Shown here one piece after another: positions 27,039 through 37,651 of a DNA stretch of 64,000 bases. The first letter of the stretch is position 1. Every line of letters starts with the position of its first letter. Below the pieces are notes generated by a model, which was not told the origin of the DNA, made no database searches, and was given only the letters and a program-made list of their open reading frames with translations. The stretch is from contig JAOPTW010000045.1 of assembly GCA_051532035.1 (NCBI GenBank), positions 1-64,000 on the forward strand. The letters are read 5' to 3'. Made by a program: the position numbers and the translations under genes. Origin of the DNA: Fibrobacterales bacterium. GTDB lineage: Bacteria > Fibrobacterota > Fibrobacteria > Fibrobacterales > JAOPTW01.

Positions 27039-28448
27039 GTGACAATTAAACAATTACAGCAAAAGTATTCACAAGTTTTTGTAGCGGGGCTCAAGGGCGA
27101 CAATGCTGCTGAGGCATTTTGCGATCGCCGAAAAAGGCAATTAAAGGAACTCAAGGGAATCTCGTTTTTCTTTAGCGCTTCACATGAACCACATCACGAT
27201 ACGGTTCATTTAATGAATGGCACTCGCCTTTTTCAAGAACCTTCAATGCTGTATCTGACCGGTATAAACCAACCCGGTGTGGTGCTGATGCTTGACCCAC
27301 ACGGTCGATCGGAGAGTGAGATACTCTTTGTAGCCCCAAAAGACCCAACGAAAGAGTTTTGGGATGGTGTGAGAATCGGTATCATTGAAAAGGTGTCGCC
27401 TAAAAAGGCAATTCAAGATATTGTTGATTTGGTTGGCGTCACAAAAGTAAAGCCCCTGTCGGAGCTGGATAGTTGGGTTAAAGAAAAAGCACTTACAACA
27501 GATGTTTTTTATGCATTTCACCATACTTATCACAATAAAAAGCGTATTACACGAAGAGATGATCAAAATAGTGATCAAGTGAAGACCTTAAAAAAAGCCA
27601 TAAGAAGTGTTAATAAGAGTGCAGTGATTGAGCCATGTGCTGCAGAGCATTTTGCAGTGCGTAATGTACATGATCAGTGGCAAGTCAAAGAGACAAAGCG
27701 AGCACAAAAACTGACTCGAGATGCGTATCTCGCTTTTTTACCTCAGTTACCCTTCCTTAAAAGTGAACATGAAGTTCGTTTGAGTCTCGAAGGATTATTG
27801 CAAGAAAAGTCTATTTATGGCCTATCGTTTCCAACAATTGTTGCAAGTGGACAAAATGCCTGTGTACTCCATTACCAAAAATGTGACGCGCCTCTCGACA
27901 AAAAAGGGCTCTTGTTGCTGGATTTCGGTGTTCGGTTTGGTACTCTCCATTCTGATATTTCACGAACCATTCCGGCAAATGGAAAATTTAATCCTCTACA
28001 AAAGTTACTCTATGAGATAGTTCTTGAGGCTCAATTGGTAAATGAAGCACTTATCAAGCCCGGTGCAATTATTCAAGACAATGACTGGAAAGTGTGGAGT
28101 TTCATAGAAAAAGAGCTCAATAGTCGGTTTTATGCCAAGGGTGGCATCGCCAAAAGAGAGTATACAACGAAACCGCATGGAGTGAGCCATCTGATTGGTG
28201 AACAGTGTCACGAAGGTGATCCTTTTCGACTCTATCAGGTTGAGCCACTACGAGAAGGAATGTTGCTCTCAAATGAGCCGGGTTTGTATGGCTATTTTGA
28301 GATGAAAATTGACGGACGCCTTTATAAAGAGTATATTGGCATACGAATTGAAGATGACATCTATGTAACAAAAAATGGGTGTGATAATTTATCAAAATCT
28401 ATCCCAAAAACGGTAGATGAGATTGAATCACTAATGAAAAAGGTGTGA
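27039..28448 (+). CDS. pepP: Xaa-Pro aminopeptidase (M24B)
   Basis: YLTG, FWDG, LHY, LLDFG, SDISRT, HGVSHLIG, NEPGLY, GIRIEDD. Confidence 0.9.
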   Translation: MTIKQLQQKYSQVFVAGLKGDNAAEAFCDRRKRQLKELKGISFFFSASHEPHHDTVHLMNGTRLFQEPSMLYLTGINQPGVVLMLDPHGRSESEILFVAPKDPTKEFWDGVRIGIIEKVSPKKAIQDIVDLVGVTKVKPLSELDSWVKEKALTTDVFYAFHHTYHNKKRITRRDDQNSDQVKTLKKAIRSVNKSAVIEPCAAEHFAVRNVHDQWQVKETKRAQKLTRDAYLAFLPQLPFLKSEHEVRLSLEGLLQEKSIYGLSFPTIVASGQNACVLHYQKCDAPLDKKGLLLLDFGVRFGTLHSDISRTIPANGKFNPLQKLLYEIVLEAQLVNEALIKPGAIIQDNDWKVWSFIEKELNSRFYAKGGIAKREYTTKPHGVSHLIGEQCHEGDPFRLYQVEPLREGMLLSNEPGLYGYFEMKIDGRLYKEYIGIRIEDDIYVTKNGCDNLSKSIPKTVDEIESLMKKV

Positions 28449-28452
28449 AATA

Positions 28453-28920
28453 ATGAGTGATAAAGACGAAATAGACGAAATAGAGGAAATTGACGGAATA
28501 GACGAACTGGATGCTGTTGCTGAAAGTGAAGAAGTCGAAGAAGTTGTTGCAGCCGAACCTGCTGAACGCGACTATAGTCAACGGAAATTACTTGCAATCG
28601 AACCTGATGCTCAAAAAATTGCAAAACTCGAAACAGTTCTTGGAGAAATACTTCCTGGCGCAGCAGTCACACTCGTTGATGATTGTGAAGAAGCGATGGA
28701 AATCTCTGATGATAATAATTTCGATACTGTAGTTATTGACCTTCAATATGAAGAGTTTAGCTCTCATGAATTTGTGAAAATGGTCAATAATGATGCTGAT
28801 ATTCTTTTAGTTTCATTTAAAGTTGATAATGTCGATATGGTGGACTTCCAAAATAGATTTAAATTGGAGCCGCTCCGTAAGATTTTCGACAATGCAAAAA
28901 ACGCTAAAATAAAGATTTAA
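28453..28920 (+). CDS. Degenerate receiver-like protein with acidic N-terminal tail
   Basis: KLLAIEPD...EEAME....FDTVVIDL resembles the REC fold; first ~35 aa are D/E-rich. Confidence 0.65.
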   Translation: MSDKDEIDEIEEIDGIDELDAVAESEEVEEVVAAEPAERDYSQRKLLAIEPDAQKIAKLETVLGEILPGAAVTLVDDCEEAMEISDDNNFDTVVIDLQYEEFSSHEFVKMVNNDADILLVSFKVDNVDMVDFQNRFKLEPLRKIFDNAKNAKIKI

Positions 28921-28924
28921 TGCT

Positions 28925-30166
28925 ATGAACCTGTTTGAGTTTGAAAAAGAAGGGTATTACGGTGAATTTGGAGGGACTTTCCTTCCAGAAATATTGAAAA
29001 CTACCGTAGATGAATTGAATATAGCCTATCATAATGCTATTGATGACCCTTCTTTTTGGCCTGAGTATGTGAGCTTAATGGAAGAGTATTGTGGAAGACC
29101 AACTCCTATTACTCACCTTAAAAACCTCTCTGAGAAACTCGGTGGCGCTCAAATTTATGTGAAGCGCGAAGATCTTAACCATACTGGTGCCCATAAAGCG
29201 AATAATGTAATGGGCCAAGGGCTTCTTGTGAAGCGCATGGGCAAAACTCGTGTTATTGCAGAAACAGGCGCAGGACAGCACGGTGTTGCAACAGCGACTA
29301 TGGCTGCAAAATTTGGTTTTGATTGTACCATTTATATGGGGGCGGTTGATGTCGCAAGGCAACGGCCTAATGTGTTCTGGATGGAACAGATGGGTGCCGA
29401 AGTTATTGCGGTAGAGTCGGGCCAGAAAACATTAAAAGATGCTATTAATGAATCTCTCAGAGATTGGGTATCGTCAATGGATAATACACACTACGTTCTT
29501 GGAACGGCGTGTGGATTTCATCCATTTCCTGAAATGGTATCTTACTTTCAATCAATTATTGGTGCAGAAGCGTATAATCAGATACAGAAATGCGCAGGCA
29601 AAATGCCTGATAAAGTATTTGCTTGTGTCGGTGGTGGTTCTAATGCAATGGGCATCTTTCAGGGCTTTCTCAATGATGAAAATGTAGAACTTATTGCCGT
29701 TGAAGCTGGTGGCGAGGGGATGACCCCGGGTAACCATGCTGCACGTTTAGCAAAAGGTTCAAATGCTACTATTGGTGTTGCTGGTTATAAAACTATGTTT
29801 CTCCAAGATGATGATGGGCAGATGCAGCACACTAAATCCTGTGCTGCTGGTCTTGACTATGTTGGCGTTTCTCCAATACTCGCACATCTTCATAAAGAGG
29901 GGCGTGTACGGTTTGAGGCTGCACTCGATACCGAAGTGATTGAAGCACTTAAAACAGTTATGAGAAATGAAGGAATTATTCCTGCTCTTGAGAGTTCTCA
30001 TGCATTTGCGCAAGCTCTTAAAGAGGCACCAACAATGGATAAAGATCAGGTGATATTGATCAATCAATCGGGTCGCGGTGATAAAGATATCTTTACTGTT
30101 GCCGATGCAATTCACGATCCCAAGTGGGATGAGTTTCTCAGATTCAAAGTCTCTAACCTTAAGTAA
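28925..30166 (+). CDS. trpB: Tryptophan synthase beta chain
   Basis: KREDLNHTGAHK, IAETGAGQHG, CVGGGSNAMG, AGLDY, EGIIPALESSHA, SGRGDKD. Confidence 0.98.
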   Translation: MNLFEFEKEGYYGEFGGTFLPEILKTTVDELNIAYHNAIDDPSFWPEYVSLMEEYCGRPTPITHLKNLSEKLGGAQIYVKREDLNHTGAHKANNVMGQGLLVKRMGKTRVIAETGAGQHGVATATMAAKFGFDCTIYMGAVDVARQRPNVFWMEQMGAEVIAVESGQKTLKDAINESLRDWVSSMDNTHYVLGTACGFHPFPEMVSYFQSIIGAEAYNQIQKCAGKMPDKVFACVGGGSNAMGIFQGFLNDENVELIAVEAGGEGMTPGNHAARLAKGSNATIGVAGYKTMFLQDDDGQMQHTKSCAAGLDYVGVSPILAHLHKEGRVRFEAALDTEVIEALKTVMRNEGIIPALESSHAFAQALKEAPTMDKDQVILINQSGRGDKDIFTVADAIHDPKWDEFLRFKVSNLK

Positions 30167-30169
30167 TAT

Positions 30170-30946
30170 ATGAGTTTATCTAAAGTAATTCAAGAAGCAG
30201 CGGCCGATAAAGGTATCGCTCTCATGACCCACATAATTTGTGGGTATCCATCATTTGACGACAATCGAATCATACTTGATGAGATGGAAAAAGCAGGTGT
30301 TGAAGTTGTAGAGATGCAGTTTCCTTTTTCTGAACCTATCGCTGATGGGCCGGTTTTTGCCCAAGCAAATCAGGTTTCTATAGAGAATGGCACAACCATT
30401 GATCAATGCTTTGCCTTTGTAAAAGAGTGTAGCAAAAAGTACTCATTTCAAATTTTAATGATGGGCTATTATAACACGGTCTTCAAACGTGGTGAAGAAA
30501 AATTCTGTAAAGATCTTGTTGCTGCTGGTGGTGTTGGAATGATCGTTCCTGATGTTCCATTAGAAGAAGCTGCTGATCTTCGTAAGTATGCGAAAGAGTC
30601 AAATCTTTCGTTGGTTCAACTTGTAGCACCAACAAATACTGAGGAGCGTATTGCTGATATTTGTACTCTCGCAAATGAACTCAACAGTATCGTCTATGCT
30701 GTCGCCCGTAAAGGAGTAACTGGTAAAAAGACTGAACTTGATACGGGGCTCGAAGGCTATTTATCTACCATTAAGGGTACGCTCAAAGAGCCCCTTGCCG
30801 TTGGTTTTGGTGTTAAGTCTAAGTCTGACATTGATTATTTGAGAGGTAAAGCTGAGTGTGCTGTTATTGGCACTGCTATGCTTTCTGCGTATCAGGCTGA
30901 TGGTGCTGAAGGAGTTGCAAAACTTCTTGGGGAATTGCGCTCTTAA
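30170..30946 (+). CDS. trpA: Tryptophan synthase alpha chain
   Basis: PFSEPIADGP, MGYYN, IVPDVP, LVAPT, GVTG, VGFG; follows trpB. Confidence 0.97.
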   Translation: MSLSKVIQEAAADKGIALMTHIICGYPSFDDNRIILDEMEKAGVEVVEMQFPFSEPIADGPVFAQANQVSIENGTTIDQCFAFVKECSKKYSFQILMMGYYNTVFKRGEEKFCKDLVAAGGVGMIVPDVPLEEAADLRKYAKESNLSLVQLVAPTNTEERIADICTLANELNSIVYAVARKGVTGKKTELDTGLEGYLSTIKGTLKEPLAVGFGVKSKSDIDYLRGKAECAVIGTAMLSAYQADGAEGVAKLLGELRS

Positions 30947-31074
30947 CTTTTTAAATTCCCATAGCTCTTCATTTGAATGCGCTATTACAGTTATCAATGG
31001 GTGGAATGTTTCACTATTCCACCTATATAGTATGCTTTGTCACATTCCATTCCAATCCTGTGATGTACCGAGCC

Positions 31075-31839
31075 TTACTCTTCCCAGCCCAAGGAATACG
31101 TAATTCCCATATTTACGCCAAGCTGAGTATATGATGAATCATCCATTTCAGCGCCTAAGTTTATACCAAAATTAATATTCCATTGGTCAGCCTGCCCAAG
31201 CATTAATGAACAATCAATTAATGCAGAGATAAACTGAAGGTTAGGCTCTAAATCCATATATCCGTCTCCTGCATCGCCTTCAAGATAAATAGTTTTATCC
31301 GAATAGGAAACATATGAATATCCAATACCAGGCTCAATTGCAAATCGCCAAAATGGTCCTATAATAAGATTTGTTTTAATTTCTGTTGTATAGGTCATTC
31401 CTTCAGAGCCATTTGAAGTATAAAAATCGATATAGGTATTATTTCTTGCAGTATACGATTTATCTATAACTAAGCTCACCATGGTTGGGCTAATAGCCAT
31501 TTGTATACTACTTTTAAAACCAAATTTCTTAGCTATATGTGTTCTATAGCCAATTAAAAGTCCAACTGAGGCACTTGAAATTTCAAGAGTTGCGGTCTCA
31601 TCACTATAATCATTTTCTAGTTTGGATAACACCGTATTTATAGAAAAAAACTGACCAATAAATACATTATTACGCCTGCGCCCTTCATCTCTTTTTATCA
31701 ATTTTTGTGTATTTACTTTTCTTCTGTATTCACGTACTTCTTCTCTCGAGGCTCCTGTGGGTGGAGGCTCTATTACTTCTGCACTTATGTGGGTCATACA
31801 TAAAAACATTATAATTATAGTATTCCATAAATATTTCAT
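31075..31839 (-). CDS. Probable outer-membrane beta-barrel protein
   Basis: Signal peptide (ISA-E); alternating beta-strands; ends GVNMGITYSLGW. Confidence 0.75.
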   Translation of the reverse strand: MKYLWNTIIIMFLCMTHISAEVIEPPPTGASREEVREYRRKVNTQKLIKRDEGRRRNNVFIGQFFSINTVLSKLENDYSDETATLEISSASVGLLIGYRTHIAKKFGFKSSIQMAISPTMVSLVIDKSYTARNNTYIDFYTSNGSEGMTYTTEIKTNLIIGPFWRFAIEPGIGYSYVSYSDKTIYLEGDAGDGYMDLEPNLQFISALIDCSLMLGQADQWNINFGINLGAEMDDSSYTQLGVNMGITYSLGWEE

Positions 31840-32321
31840 ATTGCTCTTTTTAATCCTTATTCAAAAATAGTGTTCATAGTCTTTTTAGTAATACGACAAT
31901 TCTATTCGATCATCATATTCATTGTAAAAAATGTGTTAATTAAGTATGGTGCACTTCTAGACTGTACCAATAGAACAAACATAACAACAACCAGTAGGCC
32001 CTCAACCCTTCAGAAGAAAAAAGCAACTCAACCACTTACTCTTAGAAAGTAGAGTAAAATACAAGACTCTGCACAGGGTATCAATCCTGTACACTCTTTA
32101 GCATTGGTGATTGCTTTACTACTTAACTTACAGGGTACTAAAGACTCTCATTGGTACTGGTACAGAATTAAAATCTCTTTATTTTTTTGAGTAATTTTAT
32201 ATATCGTATGCGCTGGAGGGTGTAATGGGTGCTAAAGTTTACAGAGTTGCGTGTTGCTATCTATTACATATAAGCTATCTTTGTTCTCAAATTGACCAGA
32301 CATCAATGAAAGAGAGAGCCA

Positions 32322-34316
32322 ATGAATACTTTTATTAAAAGAGTAACTGTACCATTTTCAATAGCAATTCTTGCCATTTTTAATGCTTGTGATACCAGTA
32401 CCCCAATAGCTGCAACTGAAAATAATACAGAAGAATCGCCATTAACCTTTTCAGATATCAAAGCACCGAATGGTTTTGCTTTTTCTGTGTATAACGAAAA
32501 GGGCCTTACAATACGACTCAGTGTTGATAGCGAAGAAGGTATACTCCCTTATGAAGGTGCAACTATTAGAGTTGTCGAGGGGGGCACGAATGATTTACTC
32601 GCGTCATTTATTACTGATGAAAATGGTGAAGTATTGTATGATGGTGGGAATCTATCATCAGGAGTAGCACAAGTGGGTATCTCGGTATACGCGGCAGGTA
32701 TTCCAGAAGACACGTTATGGTATAGCAAAGAGCAATTGGCTTCGCTTGATAGAATTGTGATTGTTAACCCAACATCTTATGATACAAATGAAGAACAAGG
32801 TACTATTGCTGCAAAGACCTCTACTATTTCACGAATTGAAGAAGCTGATGGGATTGTATATGGTAAAGAGAAACATCCACGAAAAGATTTTCGATTAGTT
32901 TCTGGAGCACTTTTTTCTGAGCGCTCAAAATTAGATCCAATACCTACTGCATGGCAGGGGACTAAAGAGATTCGTATTAATGCTCTTACCAATCCCGATG
33001 ATAAAGATAAAATCTGGGCACATTTTATGCATACTGGTGCTGGCTATCAAAATGCTTTTGGCTACTATTGGTATAAAAAATCTGAGAACCCGACAGGGGC
33101 ACTCAGTGGTATCAATCGTGTAACACTCTTTAGCTTGGTTGATGGTTTTTACAGCATTCGTAAAAGAGCACCAAAGGCTCTCGTTGGTACTGTTACAGAA
33201 TTTAAATCACGACTTACCGATGCAAATGATGAAATAGTAATTGGGTTTTGGTTACATGCGGATTATGAACAAGGAAACAAACCAAACAATCCAATCTGGT
33301 ATTCTAATACAGCCTATAATGTTGAGCTGCATGGTGCAGCAGAAGAGTTTCATCATGTAAGTTTTCCATCGCGTTCAGATAAAACAGAATTTGTTTTTGC
33401 TATCGAAGACCTTCGTGCCTCAAAATCAGATGAAGACTACAATGATTTAATACTGATCATCGATGATGTTGCTCCTTCGGAACCATGCGATATTCAAAAC
33501 GACCCAAGCTGTATTACTTGTAGTGATTTACCGTACAATAAAAAATCGCGATTTGCATTTGAAGATCAATACCCTCATTATGGCGATTTCGACTATAACG
33601 ATGTCGTAGTTGATGTTGATTATTCTCTTATCTCACGTAAATGTAATGTGATGGGTGTCGCTATAAAAGACAATACATACGGGGCTGAATATGCACCGCA
33701 ACTTATCAGTGGATCAGTAGCGGTAACACCCGTTGCTAATGGTGCGTTATATTCTCTTGGGTTTGCAGTGTCACTGGGGAACTCTTTTCCTGGAGCTACT
33801 GTAGTAGTTGATAACAGTGCATCGGATGTTGTAGAAGTAGCAGATGAAGTGATCATAGAGTTCTTTGATTTTATGAGAGCTCAGTTTGACCGTACTCCAT
33901 CGACAATTTTAGTAAACACAGACCCTGCAGAAGGGAGCAGTGTTGCTCCCGCATATACCGCTGCAACGTTTACTGCTGGTATTAGCTTTGCTCAAGGAAC
34001 TGCGATTCCTGAGAATATGACTTCTGTATTTACACCATTTATATACTTTGCTGATGATGTTACCAAAGAAATACATTTAAAAAATGGGACTCTTACAGCA
34101 CGTGGTGTTGCACAAAACCTTGTTGGCACTCCTGCTGAAGGTCATGCATACGAAGATGACAATGGCATTCCATGGGCAATTGAACTTAATCAAAACACTC
34201 TGTATCCTGTAGAATTTCAAGGTTTTGTTAATGCGTATCCCTTTTATGCTTCATGGGTACAAACAGGTGCACCACAAGAGTGGGCAACGATGGGTAATAC
34301 ATCAGTTCTGTATTAA
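32322..34316 (+). CDS. LruC/DUF4842-domain lipoprotein with DUF4114-like module
   Basis: FNAC lipobox; GAGYQNAFGYY; FAIEDL...DEDYND; FAFEDQYPHYGDFDYNDVV; EIHL; PWAI; AYP.Y..W. Confidence 0.88.
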   Translation: MNTFIKRVTVPFSIAILAIFNACDTSTPIAATENNTEESPLTFSDIKAPNGFAFSVYNEKGLTIRLSVDSEEGILPYEGATIRVVEGGTNDLLASFITDENGEVLYDGGNLSSGVAQVGISVYAAGIPEDTLWYSKEQLASLDRIVIVNPTSYDTNEEQGTIAAKTSTISRIEEADGIVYGKEKHPRKDFRLVSGALFSERSKLDPIPTAWQGTKEIRINALTNPDDKDKIWAHFMHTGAGYQNAFGYYWYKKSENPTGALSGINRVTLFSLVDGFYSIRKRAPKALVGTVTEFKSRLTDANDEIVIGFWLHADYEQGNKPNNPIWYSNTAYNVELHGAAEEFHHVSFPSRSDKTEFVFAIEDLRASKSDEDYNDLILIIDDVAPSEPCDIQNDPSCITCSDLPYNKKSRFAFEDQYPHYGDFDYNDVVVDVDYSLISRKCNVMGVAIKDNTYGAEYAPQLISGSVAVTPVANGALYSLGFAVSLGNSFPGATVVVDNSASDVVEVADEVIIEFFDFMRAQFDRTPSTILVNTDPAEGSSVAPAYTAATFTAGISFAQGTAIPENMTSVFTPFIYFADDVTKEIHLKNGTLTARGVAQNLVGTPAEGHAYEDDNGIPWAIELNQNTLYPVEFQGFVNAYPFYASWVQTGAPQEWATMGNTSVLY

Positions 34317-34349
34317 TATCTTAAAAGGTTTCGTTACATAGAAAGTGTT

Positions 34350-34381
34350 TGAGCAGATAGAGATATCTGCTCACTTTTTTT
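34350..34381 (+). terminator. Intrinsic terminator
   Basis: TGAGCAGATA-gaga-TATCTGCTCA followed by C and a T-run. Confidence 0.85.
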
Positions 34382-34413
34382 ATTTTATGGCTAATACATA
34401 ACAAGGACGTATA

Positions 34414-35619
34414 TTAAGCTTTAATCAATCGAACCTTCGCCAAATATACTAAGCCAACAACACTCACTGCAACAAGAGTGTAGCTACAAACCTGAATCAC
34501 ACTAAAACCATTATCAAAAAACAGGCTAAAGATAACCGGGCTAATTGCTGTTGAAAATGCAGTGAGCATCGCAACTACACTCCGTATCGCTCCAATATTG
34601 GCACGGCCATACTCCTCTACCCAAAGGGTTGATTTGAGGTTACTGCCAAAGCCAAGGGCTATGCCCGACATTCCATAGTAGATTGCTGCAGATACTTGAT
34701 GGTCTATAAAGATAAGTGCGCTCAGTGCAATAATTGTGGGGATGAGCTGAATGAGAAATGAGTTCTTTGCTCCAAAGCGGTCAATGATAAAGCCAATGAT
34801 AAATCCCGATGTAATTCTGAGAATAGGAAAGAGAGAGAAGGCCGCAAGTCGCCATCCATCACTCCACCCTTTGGCATCCATCAAGGTTTGTTGATGAATA
34901 AAAAAGCCAGTCAGTAAGAAGGGGGCGGCAAGTGTTACGGGAACAGCGCAATAGAAAAAAGAGTTTTTGAGCACATCTTTACGAGTCCAACTGCGCTCTT
35001 CGGTTGCATTGTTTTTTTGAAGAGAAAGAGGGAGGTTAAAGCTATCACTCTTCTTAAAGAGCATGAGCAGGGCAGGGGTAATGAGTATAAGTGCGTAGGC
35101 AAACCACGAGAGTGTATCACGCCAACCAATAGTAGCGATAAGGTAAACGCCAACAGCACTAAAGAAGAACTCCCCGAGAGGGTGACCAAGGGTGGAGATA
35201 CTGAGCGCTTTACCCGTATCTTTTGTAAAAAAGCGAGAAGTTGCAGTCGCACCAATATGAGTCATGAGTGACTGCCCAAAAAGCCTGAGTCCCATAAGGC
35301 CAACAAAAAGGGTCACAATATGGTTTCCCTGTGAGAGGGTATAGGTCATCACTCCAAGGCCAACAAGAGAGAGCGCACTAAAGAGTTTTAGATTAATTCG
35401 ATCAATATAAACACCAGCTTGTGCCATAGCAAATGCACTACATACTGTGGCCAAAAAGTAGTAGAAGGTCATTTCAGTTGAGCTTATATTAAAGGCAGTA
35501 ATAAAGAAGGGAGTAAAAAGACCCAGAAAGAAAGATTGTCCATACCCTGATAAAAAGGCATGACTCATTGAAAAGGTAAACTGCTTGGGATACGAGGTAA
35601 AAAGACGGAATATGTTCAT
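34414..35619 (-). CDS. MFS transporter
   Basis: About 12 TM helices; GVYIDR and GFIIDRFGAK loops; LRLFGQ; EYGRANIGAIRS. Confidence 0.93.
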   Translation of the reverse strand: MNIFRLFTSYPKQFTFSMSHAFLSGYGQSFFLGLFTPFFITAFNISSTEMTFYYFLATVCSAFAMAQAGVYIDRINLKLFSALSLVGLGVMTYTLSQGNHIVTLFVGLMGLRLFGQSLMTHIGATATSRFFTKDTGKALSISTLGHPLGEFFFSAVGVYLIATIGWRDTLSWFAYALILITPALLMLFKKSDSFNLPLSLQKNNATEERSWTRKDVLKNSFFYCAVPVTLAAPFLLTGFFIHQQTLMDAKGWSDGWRLAAFSLFPILRITSGFIIGFIIDRFGAKNSFLIQLIPTIIALSALIFIDHQVSAAIYYGMSGIALGFGSNLKSTLWVEEYGRANIGAIRSVVAMLTAFSTAISPVIFSLFFDNGFSVIQVCSYTLVAVSVVGLVYLAKVRLIKA

Positions 35620-35674
35620 GGGGGCAAATGTAGAAAATTACCCGACCATACCTCTTAAAATTGGTTAAGCAATA

Positions 35675-36934
35675 CTAATCGACAAAGGTTCGCATAAGGT
35701 AAAAAATACCTACTTGAATGTAGTAATCATAGGCGGCAATGAAGGTCTCATTAGTCAGTCTATCCGTAGCATTGGATTTGAGATCTTCGCTTTTGTGGCC
35801 CCGATAAGAGATACCCGTATCAAATTGAATACCTATTTTCTCTTTAAAAAGAAAATGAGTCGCAAAGCCAATATGCGCTCCTTTCATAGTAGAGAGCTCA
35901 AAAGGTGGAGATTTTTGTGGTGCAGTTCGAGTAAAATCAGAACTCCAAAATGTATAGCGCAGTCCAAAAACGAGCTTTGGCGCGATCTCCATAATACCCA
36001 AAGGACGAAAGTATTTTGAGAGGGTAATGTTAATACCCAATTCATAGCGACGAAAGGTCCAATCGGTTATATCGTGATGCCATGCTGCAGTATCATTGCC
36101 ATAGCGAATAGAGTAGTCACTATAATTGAGAGAGAGTGATCCGCCAATAAATTCAGCATACTGAACACCAAATTGAATATTGTGGAGGGGGCGACCAACG
36201 ATGTTTTTAAGAACAGGAACATCAGCAAGAGGTTCGCCTCTATCAAGCCAGTTCCAAACGTACCAAGGGTCTCCCGCATTATCTGCTGTTGTGATTGCAC
36301 CACCTTCGGGTGGGCTAAAGAGGCCGGCAGTATAGCCAAAGCCATAGAGGACATAGAGATCATAGGCAATGCGTTCGTTGTAAAAGCTATTAGGAGTATC
36401 TTTTGCAATGCGCTTCTGCTCATCAGTAAGTTGTGTTTCCTGTTGTGCCATAAAAAGAGTTTGGGCTATTTCGGTATAGATATCTCGGGGGTCGATACTC
36501 GCAATAGAAATCAGTGCTTTAGGCTCATGATATCCACCATGAAAGAGTGTCGCCCATGTTGTATTCTCTTTTTGATAGAGATAGATGATGTAGTTATCTT
36601 CGTTTTCTCTGAGGACTGCACGAACACTATCATCTCGTGCAGCGAGGTGTTTAGGGGCGATAGACGGGTAGATGTTTTTAGATATCCATTTCATATAAGT
36701 CATGAAAGGGATTGATCGTTCAAAGTTACCGGCCCGTCGACACTCAATACGGGATATAAAGGTATTTTGGCGTGCCATCTCTCTACAGAGTTCTTTTGCT
36801 TTTAACCCAGTCACCTTCGTTTCGACGGTAAAAATGTCGGCACCCTTATAAAATGGGTAGGGGTCTTTAAATATAACGGTTGCAGATTGAGCGGTTGTTA
36901 TAAGGACAAAAATGATAAGCGCTAATTTATTCAT
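35675..36934 (-). CDS. Secreted protein with probable C-terminal beta-barrel
   Basis: Signal peptide (AQS-A); C-terminal amphipathic strands ending YYIQVGIFY. Confidence 0.75.
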   Translation of the reverse strand: MNKLALIIFVLITTAQSATVIFKDPYPFYKGADIFTVETKVTGLKAKELCREMARQNTFISRIECRRAGNFERSIPFMTYMKWISKNIYPSIAPKHLAARDDSVRAVLRENEDNYIIYLYQKENTTWATLFHGGYHEPKALISIASIDPRDIYTEIAQTLFMAQQETQLTDEQKRIAKDTPNSFYNERIAYDLYVLYGFGYTAGLFSPPEGGAITTADNAGDPWYVWNWLDRGEPLADVPVLKNIVGRPLHNIQFGVQYAEFIGGSLSLNYSDYSIRYGNDTAAWHHDITDWTFRRYELGINITLSKYFRPLGIMEIAPKLVFGLRYTFWSSDFTRTAPQKSPPFELSTMKGAHIGFATHFLFKEKIGIQFDTGISYRGHKSEDLKSNATDRLTNETFIAAYDYYIQVGIFYLMRTFVD

Positions 36935-37634
36935 TACCTACCCCTGTTGTAAGAGGGGTTTGAGAAAAGGCGCTCGTTAATGCGGTATATATGAGTTGAT
37001 TAATAGCACGTTTTGTGACAGGGTTTTGTGAAGGTGCTTGCGCGTCAGCATAGCCATAACTAATGTATTGCTGTCGTTGATTATCCCAGAGAGACCAACT
37101 CATAACGATGGAGAGATGGTCTGCATTTGAGCTCCCTTCTCTGTTTGATCGCGTATAGTCAAAGAGCTCTTCACCACTGAGGTCATAGCCGAGGGTGCAT
37201 TCGTAGATAAAAAATATGAGGTCAGGTGATTGAGTAGCGTCAATTGTAAGAGCAGTACCCTGAGCAGGCCATGCCACTTTTACATAGGTATTGTCGTGTA
37301 TCTTCATTGATTCGGGGCGACCTAATCGTTGCACCGTTGAGTCGGGCAGCGTGATGATCGTATGACTCAAGGCAGCTTGAGTACTTTTGTCGATAGTGCT
37401 ATTGATGATCGGGGCTAAAGAGTCGTGGAGAGACTTCTCGGGAATTGAGAGTTCCCGTGCAATAATTTTATAATCTTGAATAATTAAATTGTATTTGAGC
37501 GGTACGATACCAACGGTGGCATCTTTCGGTATGGTTGAATATCCAGGATGAGATACGGATGACCGAGATGCACACGACGAAACCAAAAATAATGTGGTCA
37601 AATAGAGACTGAATGTGATTAATAGAGTACGCAT
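36927..37634 (-). CDS. Hypothetical lipoprotein (same family as 4663/5414)
   Basis: VSSC lipobox; LWDNQRQQYISYG motif; overlaps the next gene by 8 nt. Confidence 0.8.
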   Translation of the reverse strand: MRTLLITFSLYLTTLFLVSSCASRSSVSHPGYSTIPKDATVGIVPLKYNLIIQDYKIIARELSIPEKSLHDSLAPIINSTIDKSTQAALSHTIITLPDSTVQRLGRPESMKIHDNTYVKVAWPAQGTALTIDATQSPDLIFFIYECTLGYDLSGEELFDYTRSNREGSSNADHLSIVMSWSLWDNQRQQYISYGYADAQAPSQNPVTKRAINQLIYTALTSAFSQTPLTTGVGNE

Positions 37635-37651
37635 GCTTTAAGTATACGAAA

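Noticed and set aside
32158..32172. Sigma54 promoter before the LruC gene (TGGTACAGAATTAAA)
   Set aside because: The -12 GC dinucleotide is missing.
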